Assembly (NCBI GenBank): GCA_905178155.1
Contig: CAJINV010000004.1
Span: 10,134,381-10,198,380 of the forward strand
DNA: 64,000 nt
Origin: Amoebophrya sp. A120
Taxonomy: Eukaryota; Protista; Dinoflagellata
Direction of reading: 5' to 3'
Each line of letters begins with the position of its first letter. Position 1 is the first letter of the stretch. The notes under the pieces were generated by a model. That model saw only the letters and a program-made list of their open reading frames with translations. It did no database searches and was not told the origin of the DNA. Of the stretch, positions 11,501 to 24,200 are shown in pieces. Both the position numbers and the translations under genes were made by a program.

Positions 11501-13563
11501 TACTGCGCCCCAATCTGTATGAAAGAATAGTTTTTGTTTTTAAGATGAAGACTTACATGCGGGGGGCCCTGCCCCCCCCCCCGCGCCCCCCCCGCCCTTG
11601 CGATATGATGATACTGCGCCCCAATCTGCGTGAATAGTTTTTAGATTTAAGATGATAGCTTTAAGATCTAAGATTATTACTTTTGAGATGAAGACGGCCG
11701 CCGTTCGATATCTTGTTGCCTAGGCGCGTAGTCTCGGTCGATATTGTGAAGCGGGCATGGATATGATACTGCGCCCCAGTCTGTATGAGAGAATAGTTTT
11801 TGTTTTTAAGATGAAGACTTACATGTGGGGGGCCCTGGCCCCCCCCCCGCGCCCCCCCCGCCCTTGCGATATGATGACATTGCGCCCCAATCTGCATGAA
11901 TAGTTTTTAGATCTAAGACGATAGCTTTAAGATCTAAGATTATTACTTTTGAGATGAAGACTCGCATCTTGATGAGTTTAAAAAAATAGAAAATTAGACT
12001 GTGGGTTTTAGACTATGGCCTGCGATCGAGATTTATGACTTTCGAGATGAAGACTCACATCTTGATGAAGGCTTGTCGATTCAATTATGAAGATTGAGAC
12101 TATGACTTTGAGAAGATTATGACTCTACTTTTAAGATAGGATAAGTAAGATGACGACTTTGATGATTCCAAGATGAGAGAAGAAGCTGCGACTTCTGAGA
12201 TGATTCGACTATGATTCATTTGCGATTGAGATTTGAGATTCGAATCTTTTGAGTATGAGACTATGGCTTGAAGATATCTGAACTCAAATAGTGAATTGCA
12301 CTCAAGTTGTGAATTGAACTCAAGTGGTGCATTGAACTCAAATGGTGAACCGAACTCAAAAGATGCGCTGAACTCTTGAACGTTTTGAATTTCTCGCAAG
12401 TCTTGCAAAGATCTTGTAGATATGAGCAGCAGTTTAAGATTTGAGATAAGACTTGATAATAAGATTGGAGATTCGAATAAGATTTGAGACTGGGCTAAGA
12501 TTTCAGATTCAGACTCGAATAAGATTGAGACTGGGCTAAGATTCTGAAATTGAATTACTCAATTTGAATTATTCAAGAATTTGAATTATTCAATTTGAAT
12601 TATTCAAGAAATTGAATTATTCAATTTGAATTATTCATGAATTTGAATTATTCAATTTGAATTATTCATGAAATTGAATTATTCAATTTGAATTATTCAT
12701 GAAATTGAATTATTCGTGAGTCTTGCGATGAGATTGTAGATATGACTATCAATATTATTGAGAGTTTTGCATGACAAATTCATGCACCAGTTGAGAATGT
12801 AACATTTGAGAACTACGCCATATCCGTTGCCCGTCTCCAAATCACCGCTCTCGGCATGTGCGTTTCCTACGCGGTCGGCGCCGGAAAAGGTTTCTCCGAC
12901 ACGGCCGACCAGAGCGGCCAGCACTTCGACATGCGCGCCGCTCGCATCGTGGACCTCATTTCCGCTTCCTCGTTGGTGACAATCCAGCTGGTTTGGGCAC
13001 TGCAGATCTACGTGTTGCGGATTCTGGGCGGCTGGAAGAACGTTCTTGAGCAGATTTTCCCGCTGTGCTGCGTGCCGGGGTTGTTGAGAGTTGGGAGGGC
13101 CATCTACATGGCCGTTTTCTTCCTGCCCTTTTGCTTGAAGATGCTTCTCTGGACGCTGCCAAGACAAGCAGTGAGATTGTTGTTTTCTTGCAGTTCTTGC
13201 GGTGGAAAAAGAAGTAGGAGCGCGTCGAGTACTTCTACGGGTAAAAAACCGGCCGGAAAAATAAAGGTTGATCCAAGCGATAGAGCAGAACAAAACAAGG
13301 ATACTAGTGCGACCTCCAAAAGCGATGAGGAAGAAACGTCCGCACCAGCGCCACCGGAGAAAGAGAAACGGTTGACCAAATTCGGAACGCGCACGTGGGC
13401 CAGCGGGCCGACAATCAAGCACGATTTTCTCGTCCCGGAGCCTGGGCAGAGCTTTCACGCGGCGAAAGACAAGACGACCGGAAAATTCTCCCGAGTGAAA
13501 ATTGAACAGATAATGGGCGTTCGGGGAACAGCTCTGCATCACGAAGATGCGAAGGATTTTTGA
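5575..13563 (+). CDS. Pentameric ligand-gated ion channel (Pro-loop/GLIC-like) subunit, 8 introners plus 1 GT-AG intron
   Basis: Spliced frame gives FYWNDPRL, IWRPEM, SFPFDKL (Pro-loop), YYVHKGMFPLSACIFFGYCSFII (TM1), LAGRLQLLVAIFLTCFAIQW (TM2), RLPRVPYLTILDHIVF (TM2-3 loop/TM3), and TM4 near 12950-13020. Confidence 0.75.
6429..6722. mobile_element. Second-level nested MITE
   Basis: Perfect TIR TAGGCTCCAATCTGAACTAGCTAGTT; TSD unclear (ATAA on both sides, offset). Confidence 0.7.
6539..6614. repeat. Perfect 37-bp inverted repeat with 2-nt loop
   Basis: AGCAGCTGGTAGGCCGCCAACCGTCGCCGGGGCCCCG-GA-reverse complement. Confidence 0.95.
6954..7233. mobile_element. Introner family A
   Basis: DR AGGAG/ACGAG; internal sequence is the reverse complement of 991-1257. 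Confidence 0.8.
7820..7986. mobile_element. Introner family E (TIR TGCAAAAGTATCG)
   Basis: DR AGACC. Confidence 0.8.
8066..8220. mobile_element. Introner family E
   Basis: DR GTGGA. Confidence 0.85.
8285..8471. mobile_element. Degenerate introner
   Basis: DR ACGTC; TAT...ATA; weak TIR; frame restored (MNV|SCQ). Confidence 0.7.
8625..8853. mobile_element. Introner, B-related
   Basis: DR GGATG/AGATG; TIR ACAACTCCCCCTCCC. Confidence 0.75.
8932..9189. mobile_element. Introner family A
   Basis: DR TACAA/TGCAG; internally similar to 231-489. Confidence 0.8.
9246..9417 (+). other. Canonical GT-AG intron
   Basis: GAAAG|GTATTG...GCTCAG|GTTG joins TER-LPRVPYLT. Confidence 0.75.
11165..11960. repeat. 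Tandem repeat, about 265-bp unit x3
   Basis: Units start at 11171, 11436 and 11702 (CRTTCGATATCTTG...), each with a GGGGGCCC/poly-C tract. Confidence 0.9.
12550..12717. repeat. AT-rich minisatellite (TTGAATTATTCA)n
   Basis: Quasi-palindromic 12-mer repeated with about 29-bp higher-order period. Confidence 0.9.
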
Positions 13564-14408
13564 ACACGTAGAAAAAAGCGAGCGCAGTCACCTTGCTTGT
13601 CGAATAAGTCGTGCTCCTTTTACTCAGTAAGTGCCATGATCGCAGCACCCTGCAGAGCGATTCACTGTGGCACAGCCTCTTAGCCGTTTCTGGGAGAAGA
13701 TTGGCCGCATCGAATAAATCCTGTTGCAAGCACAAAGAAAAAATTCACACATCTTCCACCTACAATATCAGCGTGTTCCCACCAATGCCTGAACGCTTTG
13801 CCAGAAACCCTCGCGTGCTGGGATCTTCACAGCTAAAAAATAAAAAACATATAAGAATAGGCATCAACAAGAAGAGTGCGTACAACAGGATTTTTGCTGT
13901 CGAAGCGGAGCGATGTTGTTTATTCCGCGCTTGTTTTTTTCCCTCCATGGTTGATTTTTTATTTTTTTTCGCTCGGAACAATGAATTTCAATTTGGTTGT
14001 CGTCATCCTTGTTGCGCCGCGGCTCGGTTTTTTTTTGCTGTTTTTGGGTTGTAAATTTCTGTTTTCTTTTCTTCGTCGAGCGAAAAAACCAAGCGTTTTT
14101 TTTTTCTTGCAAGAAGCGCAATTTTTCATAAATCTGAATCTGATGCAGTTCTTCGGCATTGCTCATACTTTTTGACAATATATCTGAATCCTCTGCCTCC
14201 GCAGGACGCTCCTGCTACACGCCACAAGTAGTGAAGACCCTATTGGTACTTCTGCTTTCCTGGCATCATCTGGTTCCAGCTAAAAATGGTAGCTCAGAAG
14301 TTCTTGTAAAACCTGATTTCGACAATATTGACCTTCTTCTACTCACAACTTTCATCCCCTGTACAGTATCTACTTTCATCTAGCCGCAAGGAGGCTCTCA
14401 TCTTCACT

Positions 14409-17400
14409 ATGGATCGCGGCAGCAATAAACTGTATGAGAGCATGGATTACAGCTCCAGCGACAGTCGCATGGTGCAAGTCCTGCCAACCGGCTTCCAATT
14501 GCCGGCCGCAGCACCAGGACTCGCCGCACATACAGATGAAAATAGCGCCGGCAACACGACCAGTCCGAAGACTTCTACCGGCCCAGGAGCTGCGCAACAT
14601 CACACCAAAGGGGTTCATCCCGACCTTCAGATCACAACTTCTCTCTCTCGCACCTCCTCTTCGGACCATGAGCAGTCCGGCGCCGCCGCTCAGGCATCAA
14701 CCGCCAGCGGTCTAATCGTCCAAGATTCATTTTCGGCCAACAATTTTCCCAGCAGCACCTTGTCGCAGACGGGGAAATCCATGACGGGAACTTCGTTGAT
14801 TCACGATCACGAAAAAACCATCTCCATGTCTTCGCAAGGTGAAAATAACTTCTCGCCGGCGGCATCTGTCCTCGCACTGCAATCTGACGAGCCGCAAGAG
14901 TTCGACTTCCTCCGCGAGAGAGCGGAAAGAGGTGCCGGAACCAAGGCGTCTGCTAGTACTTCTGCGCAGGTGCAACTTCTGCAGAATGTGACACATGACG
15001 TTTCGACGCAGGTAACGCCGAAGGTGGTGCAAAACATGATGACGTCGCCGAAAATGAAGATCTCGGGACAGAACAATCCATTAGATGATGCGGCAGGAGG
15101 AACATTATCTGGCGTCACTTCTCCTACCAGTCATGAACACCCTGGTACCATCAACAAGCTCGGTGGCAGTGCAGACCAGCCGCAAACTAAACATTCATCG
15201 GTGCAGGATCCCCTGCAATCTGCAAGTGCCAACGGTCCCACCTTGTTGTCCAGAAGTACGGGAATAAACGCCCCGCAGGCCGCTACTTCGACGACCAGCA
15301 GTGCTGTCACTGGTATGATTGGTAGAACCACACTGTTGGAGCTCCAATCGCCGGAAAAGCAAGGCTTTGTGCCGGCAGATGCTGCAGATGGGCCGCAGCT
15401 GCAAGCTTCCGTGCCACAAGACCACGTCGAGACTTTGAAGAAGAAAGAAAAGTTTGCACCTGCGACGACCAGCACGCCAGCCGCTGTTCCGCTCAACAGA
15501 AACGCTTCCGACTTCACGCCTACAAAAGGCCGCTCATCCGCACAAAATAGTTGTGGCACGACAAGCAGCGTCTTGAGTCGTCTTTTGATTTCTCCGGAGT
15601 ACGCGAAGTTTCGCACCAGTGACCAGGAGAAGGTGCAGATTCGCGGCATGATGCTGGAGAGCTCCTCCAAGAACGACACGCTTCGTGTTGGTACAACTTC
15701 TACTGCAGGTGGAACAACTCGTGATGGTGAAGCAGGATCTTCTACGACCAAAAATCCCGTCATGCTTTTCCGTCCTGCTCGTCTGACGAGTTCGAGTATG
15801 AAGAAGGACGATGCCCTCGAGAATTCTTCAAATCGTGATCGTGATCTCCATGCCGACTTCGGACTTACCCCGCCTTTTAAAACGACGGGAACAACATCGA
15901 CAAGCGCATTTTTAAAAAATGGTGTCGACGGCCGGTTGCTGATGTTTCTTCCCGAGAAAAAACCCGCGCCGCCGGGGATACCGGATGTTGAAGCAACGAT
16001 CAGTACTACAGTTGCGGAGCACCAGAATCGCAATGTGGAGAGTAAAAACCAAGCTCGTGCTGGTCCTGGTCTTGTTCATCATCTTGTTCACGACGATGAA
16101 AAAATATCCTACGCCCAGATTCTTGAGAGGCAAAAACGCGAGCAGCTTCAGCGGAAAGCACGCGAAAAAGCGGAAGAACAAGCCGCTTGTTCCTCGCCGG
16201 AACGAAATCCAGCCAGCGCCAAGAAGGGCCAGTTCCTCGAATACCTCGCGAATCGTGCGGGGAGTGTAAAAAGCTACGTTCCCGCGGTGAGTCCATTGCG
16301 GACGAAGATGGCGGATTGGCAAGTTCCGTCGACACTGAATCTGCACGAAGAGATTTGTAATGAGAAGAAACAGACGGACAAACTCCACGCGGATGAGGAC
16401 GAGCGGATGAAGAAAGTTTTCGCGAACGATCTCGGCCGTGTCACAACTGGTTGCGACTACAGTTTGTCCCCTGGAAAAATTTCCCCGAAAAGTCCCAAGT
16501 CCCAGCTCCCGTTCGGCGATTTGCTGTTGAGTAAGGAGGAATGCAGCGGGCGGAACGCGAAAGCGTTCGACAATGTTTCGAAAACGACGAAACTGTTCAG
16601 CCCAGGTGGGGGCTCGTCACGCGGAATGATGAAGACTTCGGGAGCGGCGACCGCGACAGCACTGCTGGAAAAAGCGGTAAAATCGCAGACCGAATTGCAG
16701 GAAGAGGTGCAGACGAGCACGACCAGAAATGCGCTCTTCAAGCCGACAGAGCTATCCTGAGTAAAAACGTACCCACACCAGAGTTGTAATGCAAATCCGC
16801 ATGCTGAAAATGTTTCTCATGCGGAGCCCCATGAGAAGCATTTTCTAGTCGTGTTTTGCAATTTGTCATGCTCCAATCAGCATGGTATGCTAGATCTGTG
16901 ATGCTGCTAAGCTAGCTCAAACAGCACAACACTACGAATCCAAATTTGTCATGCAAAACAGCCAAAACTTGTGGATTTGTCTAGCCGATTCCCCATCTTG
17001 ACTATGGTGTGGGTACGTTTTTACTCAGGATAAGAGCGGAATTTTCAACAGTTCTGCTCGAGCTTCGCCAGCTTTTCATCTTGTTCCCAATATCACACAG
17101 AAAAAAGCTGGCAGGGCATATTTGTAATGCAAAAATAAATACACAAAAAAATATGTATTGCATAGCCGAAACAGCATGCTATGGGGCCACCCATGACAAG
17201 TTTTTGCGTGTATTTATTCTCGCATTACAGATATGCCCTGCCAGCTTTTTTCTCTGGGATAGCCAATTATCCGGCGCTGGTGCAGCGAAGATGACTGGGA
17301 TCTCAGCTACATCGGAGAGTCTTCACGAGGACAGCTGCGACAAAAAAATGTCACGTAGCAACACGAACCTACTCCTTCCGAAACCGTCCGAGACCGTGGT

Positions 17401-19579
17401 GAAGCAGAATCAAGCCTCTAGTACCGCAACGGACTCGCTGCTCGTCAAACCTTGTTCATCTTCCAGCAGCACCTCTACTGCAACTGCGCGGAGTAGCGTA
17501 CTGTCGTCCAACAATTTATTTTCATCTTCATTAACGAGATTTTCTGTTTCTCCGCAAAAGACAAGTTACGTGAAACCGTCCATCGACGCAAAAATAATCT
17601 CTGAGTGCAATGAAGAAATCAACGAGGTGGACCACGAGGAGGGCGTTCTCCCTGTCGGGCAAGATGAAAAGCCGCTTGCTCAACATCCCCGCAGTACGCC
17701 AACGAACATCCTAGAGGACTCCATTGCCGTGAAGGAATTGCACCGCTCGCTGTTGGCCGTGGGGGCTAGTTGTATTTCCTCTGGTTGTGCCAGCAGCTAC
17801 ACCTCCGACTACTCCGAACAGATGAAGCACCTTGACTCAGGATCTGGGTCAGCTCGCGGCCCGGAATCACCCGCCGTCCGGCACTTGTGCAAGATCGTGG
17901 AGGAAGAGACGCTGAAGAGTTTGCGCAACGCCTCGAACTCCCCGAAGCTGAAGTCACGGGAGGAGCAGGATAAGAGTGTTCTAGGCGGAAACTTCGCCGA
18001 CAACGTCCCTCCGACGCCGTTCTCGACGCCGATGAAACCGAAGTTAACTGTATCTTCGGTAGAACAAGGAGGTTATAACTTTGGCCCACTCGCATCCGCA
18101 ACCCGCAGTAGCAAAATCGAGGAGCACGTGTCGCTCGAGATGTGGAAGCGGACCATGCTGTTGACCGGAGGTCCGTCGGGCAATAGTACAAGTACCGCCA
18201 ATAATTATTCTTTGACGAGCCAGCGGTCGATGGGAGCAGGCACCGGACCACTCTTTACGGCCACTGCAAACGATGTGAAAAATGCGAAGAAACGCTTTGT
18301 CGAAAATAAACCCTCGTCTCCTGCCACTCTTTCATACAAGGTGACAACCGCTACCGGCACCGCTTTGGAGCAGGAGAAGTTTCTGCGTGAGATCAAGCAG
18401 GAAATAGCTGCGGTGGACATTGTACTCGAGAAGCAGCGACCCGATTTGCTGCAAGATGGACATCTACAACTATTTGGCGGAAGTAGAACAACAGATGCTG
18501 CAGCTCGTGCTCAGTCGGTTGGGAATAGTCTTAAAACTGGTGCTTTGATGATTGAATTTGAAAAGAATAACGCTTTCAATTTGCAAACCGGCACCAAATC
18601 GAAGACATCACCCGTTATGAACTGCAAAAGTATCGTCCTCGTATAAATGCATTACAAACTTTCTCAGCATGAGAAACAAAATTTGCAATGCTGATGTACC
18701 TTAAGAACAAGATTGTAATGCATGACTGCAACACGAGTACGATACTTTTGCACAGGATACCCGTACTAGTCCACCAACTGAACAACCCGTACTGCACGTA
18801 CACGCGCAAGTATCGCAAAAAAAAAAACTGCTTCACTGTGAACTTGTGATGCAGAGAGCGAAACACCAAAGTGCTTGTCTTGCTACACCTGCAACGCAAT
18901 GGATTCCCTTGGGAAACGGGCACACCTTGAGCGTGCTACACCTTAAGCGTGTTTTCCCTTGGGAAACGGGCATGGCAAATTTGTCATGTGTAGCAAACTT
19001 GTGATGCAGATCTTGCAAAACTACCATCACAGTGAAACAGTTTTTTCGAGGGATAGCAAGAACGACCTGGATCACGCCCTGGCGGTTGCCGCGGCGTCTC
19101 GCGAGGAACATCAAGCGAAACACGGCCTTGTCGACGCACATCGGGTGGTTTTTAAGAACGACAAGGAAACCTCCAAACTGCGACCTTCAAAGCCGCACGA
19201 ACAGGACCAAAAAGTCGCCGCCTCCGCTTTGACCTGGGACGTCAGTTCCCCGGTGTCCTCCGTTCAGGAGCGCCGGCTGCTGAACCTGTCGCACGTCTAC
19301 GAGTCACCGATGGTGCGGCCGGCGGCGTGCCGGCGGGACTACAAACGGTCGAGTTCGGGTTCGCCGCTGAGGACCGACGTGAGTGCTGGCGGGGTGTCGT
19401 CGAAAACTTCGTCCCCGGACGGGATCAGCAAGCAACGTGGCAGGCTGAATGGCGGGAATCTTCAGAAGAGTAGGGAAAACAACAAGCAAACCGAAGAGAA
19501 GCCAGCAGCTGGTGACAATTCGCTTGCGGACCAACTCGTGTCTGAGTGCAGAAAGAAGTACTTAATGAATATGTCGTGA
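14409..19579 (+). CDS. Large S/T-rich low-complexity hypothetical protein, 4 introners
   Basis: ORFs 14328-16760, 17009-18646 and 18959-19579 join in frame after removing 16753-17037, 17091-17266, 18616-18764 and 18811-19060. No recognisable domain. Confidence 0.65.
16753..17037. mobile_element. Introner family F
   Basis: DR AGAGC; perfect TIR TATCCTGAGTAAAAACGTACCCACACCA. Confidence 0.85.
17091..17266. mobile_element. Introner, C-like
   Basis: DR CCCAA/GCCAA; TIR AGAAAAAAGCTGGCAGGGCATAT. Confidence 0.8.
18616..18764. mobile_element. Introner family E, reverse orientation
   Basis: DR CCCGT. Confidence 0.85.
18811..19060. mobile_element. Introner, C-like
   Basis: DR GCAAG; TIR AAAAAACTG.TTCACTGTGA. 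Confidence 0.8.
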
Positions 19580-21209
19580 ATTCGTGACGCTGGCGGCTCT
19601 AGTATCTTCCGTGGAGCTAGGCAGGTGGTGCTAATGTTATTTCGAGTACAGTTTTTGCAGAAGGCTCCGTGTGCCGCGTATTCTTGTTGTTTCGTACCAG
19701 TTGTATACATGATAGATATCACGTAAACTAAGGGTTGAAGAGATGATCAAAACTATGAGTTTCAAACGTCAGTAAGCAGAAGTTTTGTTTAGAGTGGACA
19801 GTTCAAGGTTATATACAGGGGTTGAAGGTTCAGTCTTTGTTTTCATACATATAGCCACTTCTACATCTGTTGTACACACGAATTATTCAGCAAGCCTGCA
19901 TCCGTCTTTCAGTTGTTTCTGTTGTTTCGGTTTTTCAGGCATTAAGAGCACTATGAGGGAACAACATAAATTATACATATAGAAGTTTTACCAGCAACAC
20001 CTTCTATGCCCTGTTCACGCCGCATGTACAATTTTGAAAGAAACACCGTGTATGATGTTGTCGCACAAGCTATTAAGTGAATCATGTAAGCATAGACAAA
20101 ATCCACAGGCTATGATCTGCGGACGCAGCAAAGAACTTACAGTGCCGTCCTGAGGCATTTGTTTTCCAGAGAGCAGCTTCCTGAGCAGGATGAAAGGACG
20201 ACGTCCAAAGCACTCATCTTTGTCATGTTAATCCGCACCGAAACACTACACAAAGATTCCCTTGCACCGTACTGATATAGTGTACTGGGTGGTTGATTTG
20301 CAGCTGCTCTCCCTCGGTGAAGAACATGACACGGAATGAAGCACGACGTTCAGATGACACTGATACACTCGGTTTAGAAAAAAATGTGAATAAAGATCAA
20401 TGATCTCGACTCAACATCTTTTCACGACGAGAAAGCAGGTCGAGTTTTTTCGACGAACGGATCAATTCTTTACGAAGATACGAAGATCTATTTGCGCATG
20501 ATCCGAGGCATAAATTGAATGGCTGATGATCAGGTTCTGCAAGTGCAAGTGCAGACATCATCAGACTCTTTCTGATTCGGTCGTTGTAGGTGCAACTTCT
20601 AGTGGTGGTCCTATGAGAAGGTAACAGAATCGAACACAACCACCAAGAAGGGCATCCGTGTTTTTCTTTTTTTCGCCACAGTTGCTAAGAGTAGAAGTGG
20701 ATTTTACTCAAGTTTACACACCAACCGACTCAACAACTTTATCACTGTCAAGAACTTCTATAGCACTATTTGTCGCAACATCAACGTTTTATCGTGTAGC
20801 TGTACGAAAGAACGTAGGAGACCACATCTTTTGTGTTTTCTATTTTTGACTGCTTGACACTCCAGCAGTTGAAAGGTTAGAGTTTTTGTTTCATCGATCG
20901 AGGATTATTGAACGTAGCTGGGTGTTGAAGAAATACAAATACAACGCAAAAAAAAAAGGGTTTGTAGAATTTTCACTGCTTGAGACTCTCCTCGCAGTTG
21001 AACGAAGATAACAAGAAGTACATTTTTCTGCTTTAGTTTTTCTTTTTACTAAAAAAGTTATAGTGTCTTCCTTCTGTCTACAGCAGCAGCAGCAGCTGTG
21101 ATATTGATCCGCAACGATAACGAAAGAACGGATTTTGTTATTCTTTGGTCAAAAGAATCAGAACAGGTTCCGGCACTTTTACTTACTCTCGTCGATCATT
21201 AACGACAAA

Positions 21210-24200
21210 ATGACGCGTACCGTTCCGGCAACGACCTCCACGGTTATCCTCGGTGCTGCACCTTCTTCGAGGGCTGCTCACCGTGGTGGAGCTGTGACAA
21301 CTCTCGGTTTTTTAGCCGTCTCTATCTCCACTCCTCTTGCAGTGAACGCGCAGCTCTCCGGTACCACGACGTCGTTGCTGCAGCCGATTTTGTTCGACGC
21401 AGACGCGGTCTCGAAGAAAACCGCCACAGCCCCGGATGCGACGCTGTTTCCGGAGACGCCCAACGAGTACGCGCCCGATAAGGACGTGGTGACCTGGAAA
21501 AATAACGGTTCATTTAGTGGCGGAGCACCAGGGGTAGAAGAGCAAAAGTTTGTGAGCACCAACAAGTTCTGGGCAAACTGGCTGCCTGCGGATCTCACAT
21601 ATGCATTGCAAAAGTATCGTACTCGTATAAATGCATATACAAATTTCCTCAGCATGAGAAGTAAAATTTGTAATGCGGACTAACCCGCAGAAAAAGATTT
21701 GCATGATTGCAATACGAGTGCGATGCTTTTGCGCCGGATATCACAACAGAGCCGCCAAAAACAGATCCGCCGACCCCTCCGCAGACGATCTCGAAATGGG
21801 CGAACCGGGACAAAAAGGAGACATTCGGGATTTTCACTGGCACCTTCACGTTCGCCTTTCTCTCCGGCACGCTGGCCGTCGGGGACGACGCCGGGATCGA
21901 GACCATCTACCCGGCGGGGCCCCGACCGGACGGAACCGAGGATTTTTGGCCCTCTTGGGGACACCGAACCCCGTACGGACAACCCCGGCAGGCGCTCGAG
22001 CCGACCTACGACCCCGTGCACGCGCACAACGTCGTAGCGCACTGGGACAGCCTGACCTTCAGCATCGGCGCAGCGGAGGAAGAAAGTAAACCGGATAAGG
22101 AATACAAGATTCTGCGGGAAAACACGCTGGGTTTCGTTGCGTCCTCTGACTTTGGGGCGGCGGGGTCCATCGAGTTTCCCATTTTCCCCGGAGCGGCGTA
22201 CGTCAGCGCGGTGTACAAGGGGAAAAATCTCACGCCGAAGATTTACAACGTCAGCTATCACAGTGAAAAATGCCCCCCACCCCTGAAATTGCAAGAATTT
22301 GTGATGCGAAGTTTCCAAATGAAAGCTTTTTGTCATGCATGAAAGGAGTACGAATCTTTCTGATGCAGATTCTAGTCGTGTTTCGCATCGCTCGCATGAC
22401 AAGCACCGCTCTTGCTGGGCTCTTTTGCAATACAAATTTTTGCTATTCACGATCGGAAATCCGTGATGCTGATACACGCAAGAGGGCGAATGTTTCATTT
22501 GGAAAGATTTGCAATACAAATGCTTTCAAGTTCGGGGGTGGGGGCATTTTTCATTGTAATATCAGCAAAGACAGTAAATGGCAATTGCAAAGTGTGAAAC
22601 CGGTGAAGAAGAACAGGACCGGAGCCGAAGATCTTGATTCCCAGAACATATCAAATGCAAAAATGTCCGGGTCTGGAAGATTCTGAGACTTGTCATGCTA
22701 GTCTGGCATCACTCTGAGCTCTGTGTTGCGTGGCCGCAAAGAGCTCCTCTTGCCTGTCATGCAAAAACGCAACTTCTCATGCGGGGTACGCATCTCAGAA
22801 CCACGGCAAGACTTGTCACGCTGGGCAGCGCATTACAATGCTTTCACTATTCGCTTCCTTGCATCACAAGTTTCCAGAGCCAGACATTTTTGCATTTGAT
22901 AGAACACGAACGAGGACAACGACGCGTTAGCGATTTTCGAGTATCAAATGCAAAAATGTCTGGGTCTGGAAACTTGTGATGCTGGGTGGCGTGTCATGAT
23001 GGGGCTACAAATGCTGGCTCAGCATGACAAGTTTCTGAGCTCCTAGGTGTTGCCTATTCTGCATGACAAACCGCGCTTCTGCATCACAGAAAAACGGAGC
23101 TCTTGGGTAACGTGCATGACAGATTTAAGAGTCACGCCAGACAAGCATGACAAACATGAATTCTTCCAGACCCAGACATTTTTACACTTGATATCGAGTT
23201 TGTTTTCACCAATAACGTCACGTACCGGGCGTACTTGATCACGGTGGACGAGGATACCAATGAGACACGAATCGCTTCCCGGGGGACTTACGAGTTCAAA
23301 ATGCTGGAGGACGGCAGTGGTGCACAGTTAAGCGAGCCATTTGAAGGCTGGGTCAGATTCGCACGGTTGGGCCGGAATACGGGAATTAAAAACAAAAACA
23401 TGATCTGCAAAGAAACCACTTCTAGCGATTTTTCCACGAAGATGATAGACGCTACGCCCAGCAAGGACAACTGTATTGACTATTACGACAGCAGTGCGCC
23501 GGCCTGCTTGGAAAATATGGAAGTTGACGTCTTAGACAGCGAGGACGACGTGGGCAGGGTCACTTACACCTTCTCCGGTCCTGGTATCACCGCAAAAAAG
23601 CCCCCTGCACCTGCTCGACACTTCAGCGCCGAGGTGCGAGGCACCTTGTCCGCGCCTTTTTCCGGAACCTTCTCCGGGACCCTCTCCGGAACGGTAGTTA
23701 GCTCCGATGCTGAACTTCTTCTACCTGGTGAAACATCATCAACCTCCACTTTGCTTACGTCATCCGCCTCGGTTCTCCACTTTGCTTACGCCACGCACAC
23801 GGAGCAGCTCGAGCAGTCGCCGCAGGTTGAACAAGTAGACGAAACCGTTCTGCGCGCCCGAGCCAACACGAAGGGGTGGATGCGTGCGGTGGTTGGAAAC
23901 CAGTGGTCCCTGAGGCCCAAGTTGTACGAACAAGCGAAGAAATTAAGCTTTTTGCCGAACGACGGAAATTTTTTCGCCGACGATACGATCGCGACTGCAG
24001 CCGTGAAAGACGAATTAAAGAAAGACTTGAAGCAGGAGATTGACGCTTTGAGTAGCGCGGAGGATCCGAACAAATGGCGGCAGCAGATCCTGGACCAGAA
24101 TGTGTACTACACCACCGGGAAAAAACTCCAGAAAGTTGCCACACTGTGCCTGATGGCGAGCAAGCTGCTGGCCGACGAGGGCAAAGACTACACCGACAGG

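Larger units (their letters stand above)
9638..12746. mobile_element. Repeat-rich insertion inside an introner, possible Helitron-like relic
   Basis: Boundaries inferred by alignment to sibling 27006-27252. Contains tandem repeats and PIF1-like motif fragments. Confidence 0.45.
9472..12827. mobile_element. Introner family D (TIR TTCTCAAACGTTAC) expanded by a 3.1-kb insert
   Basis: DR TCCGT; flanks align to the intact sibling 27006-27252. Confidence 0.8.

Noticed and set aside
9638-12741. TGTAGAT as a 7-bp TSD of the 3.1-kb insert
   Set aside because: The motif is absent from the intact sibling introner and also occurs internally near 12415.
12697-16388. Long minus-strand ORFs (12697-13542, 15131-16033 and similar)
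   Set aside because: Antisense shadows of + strand exons with no independent motifs.
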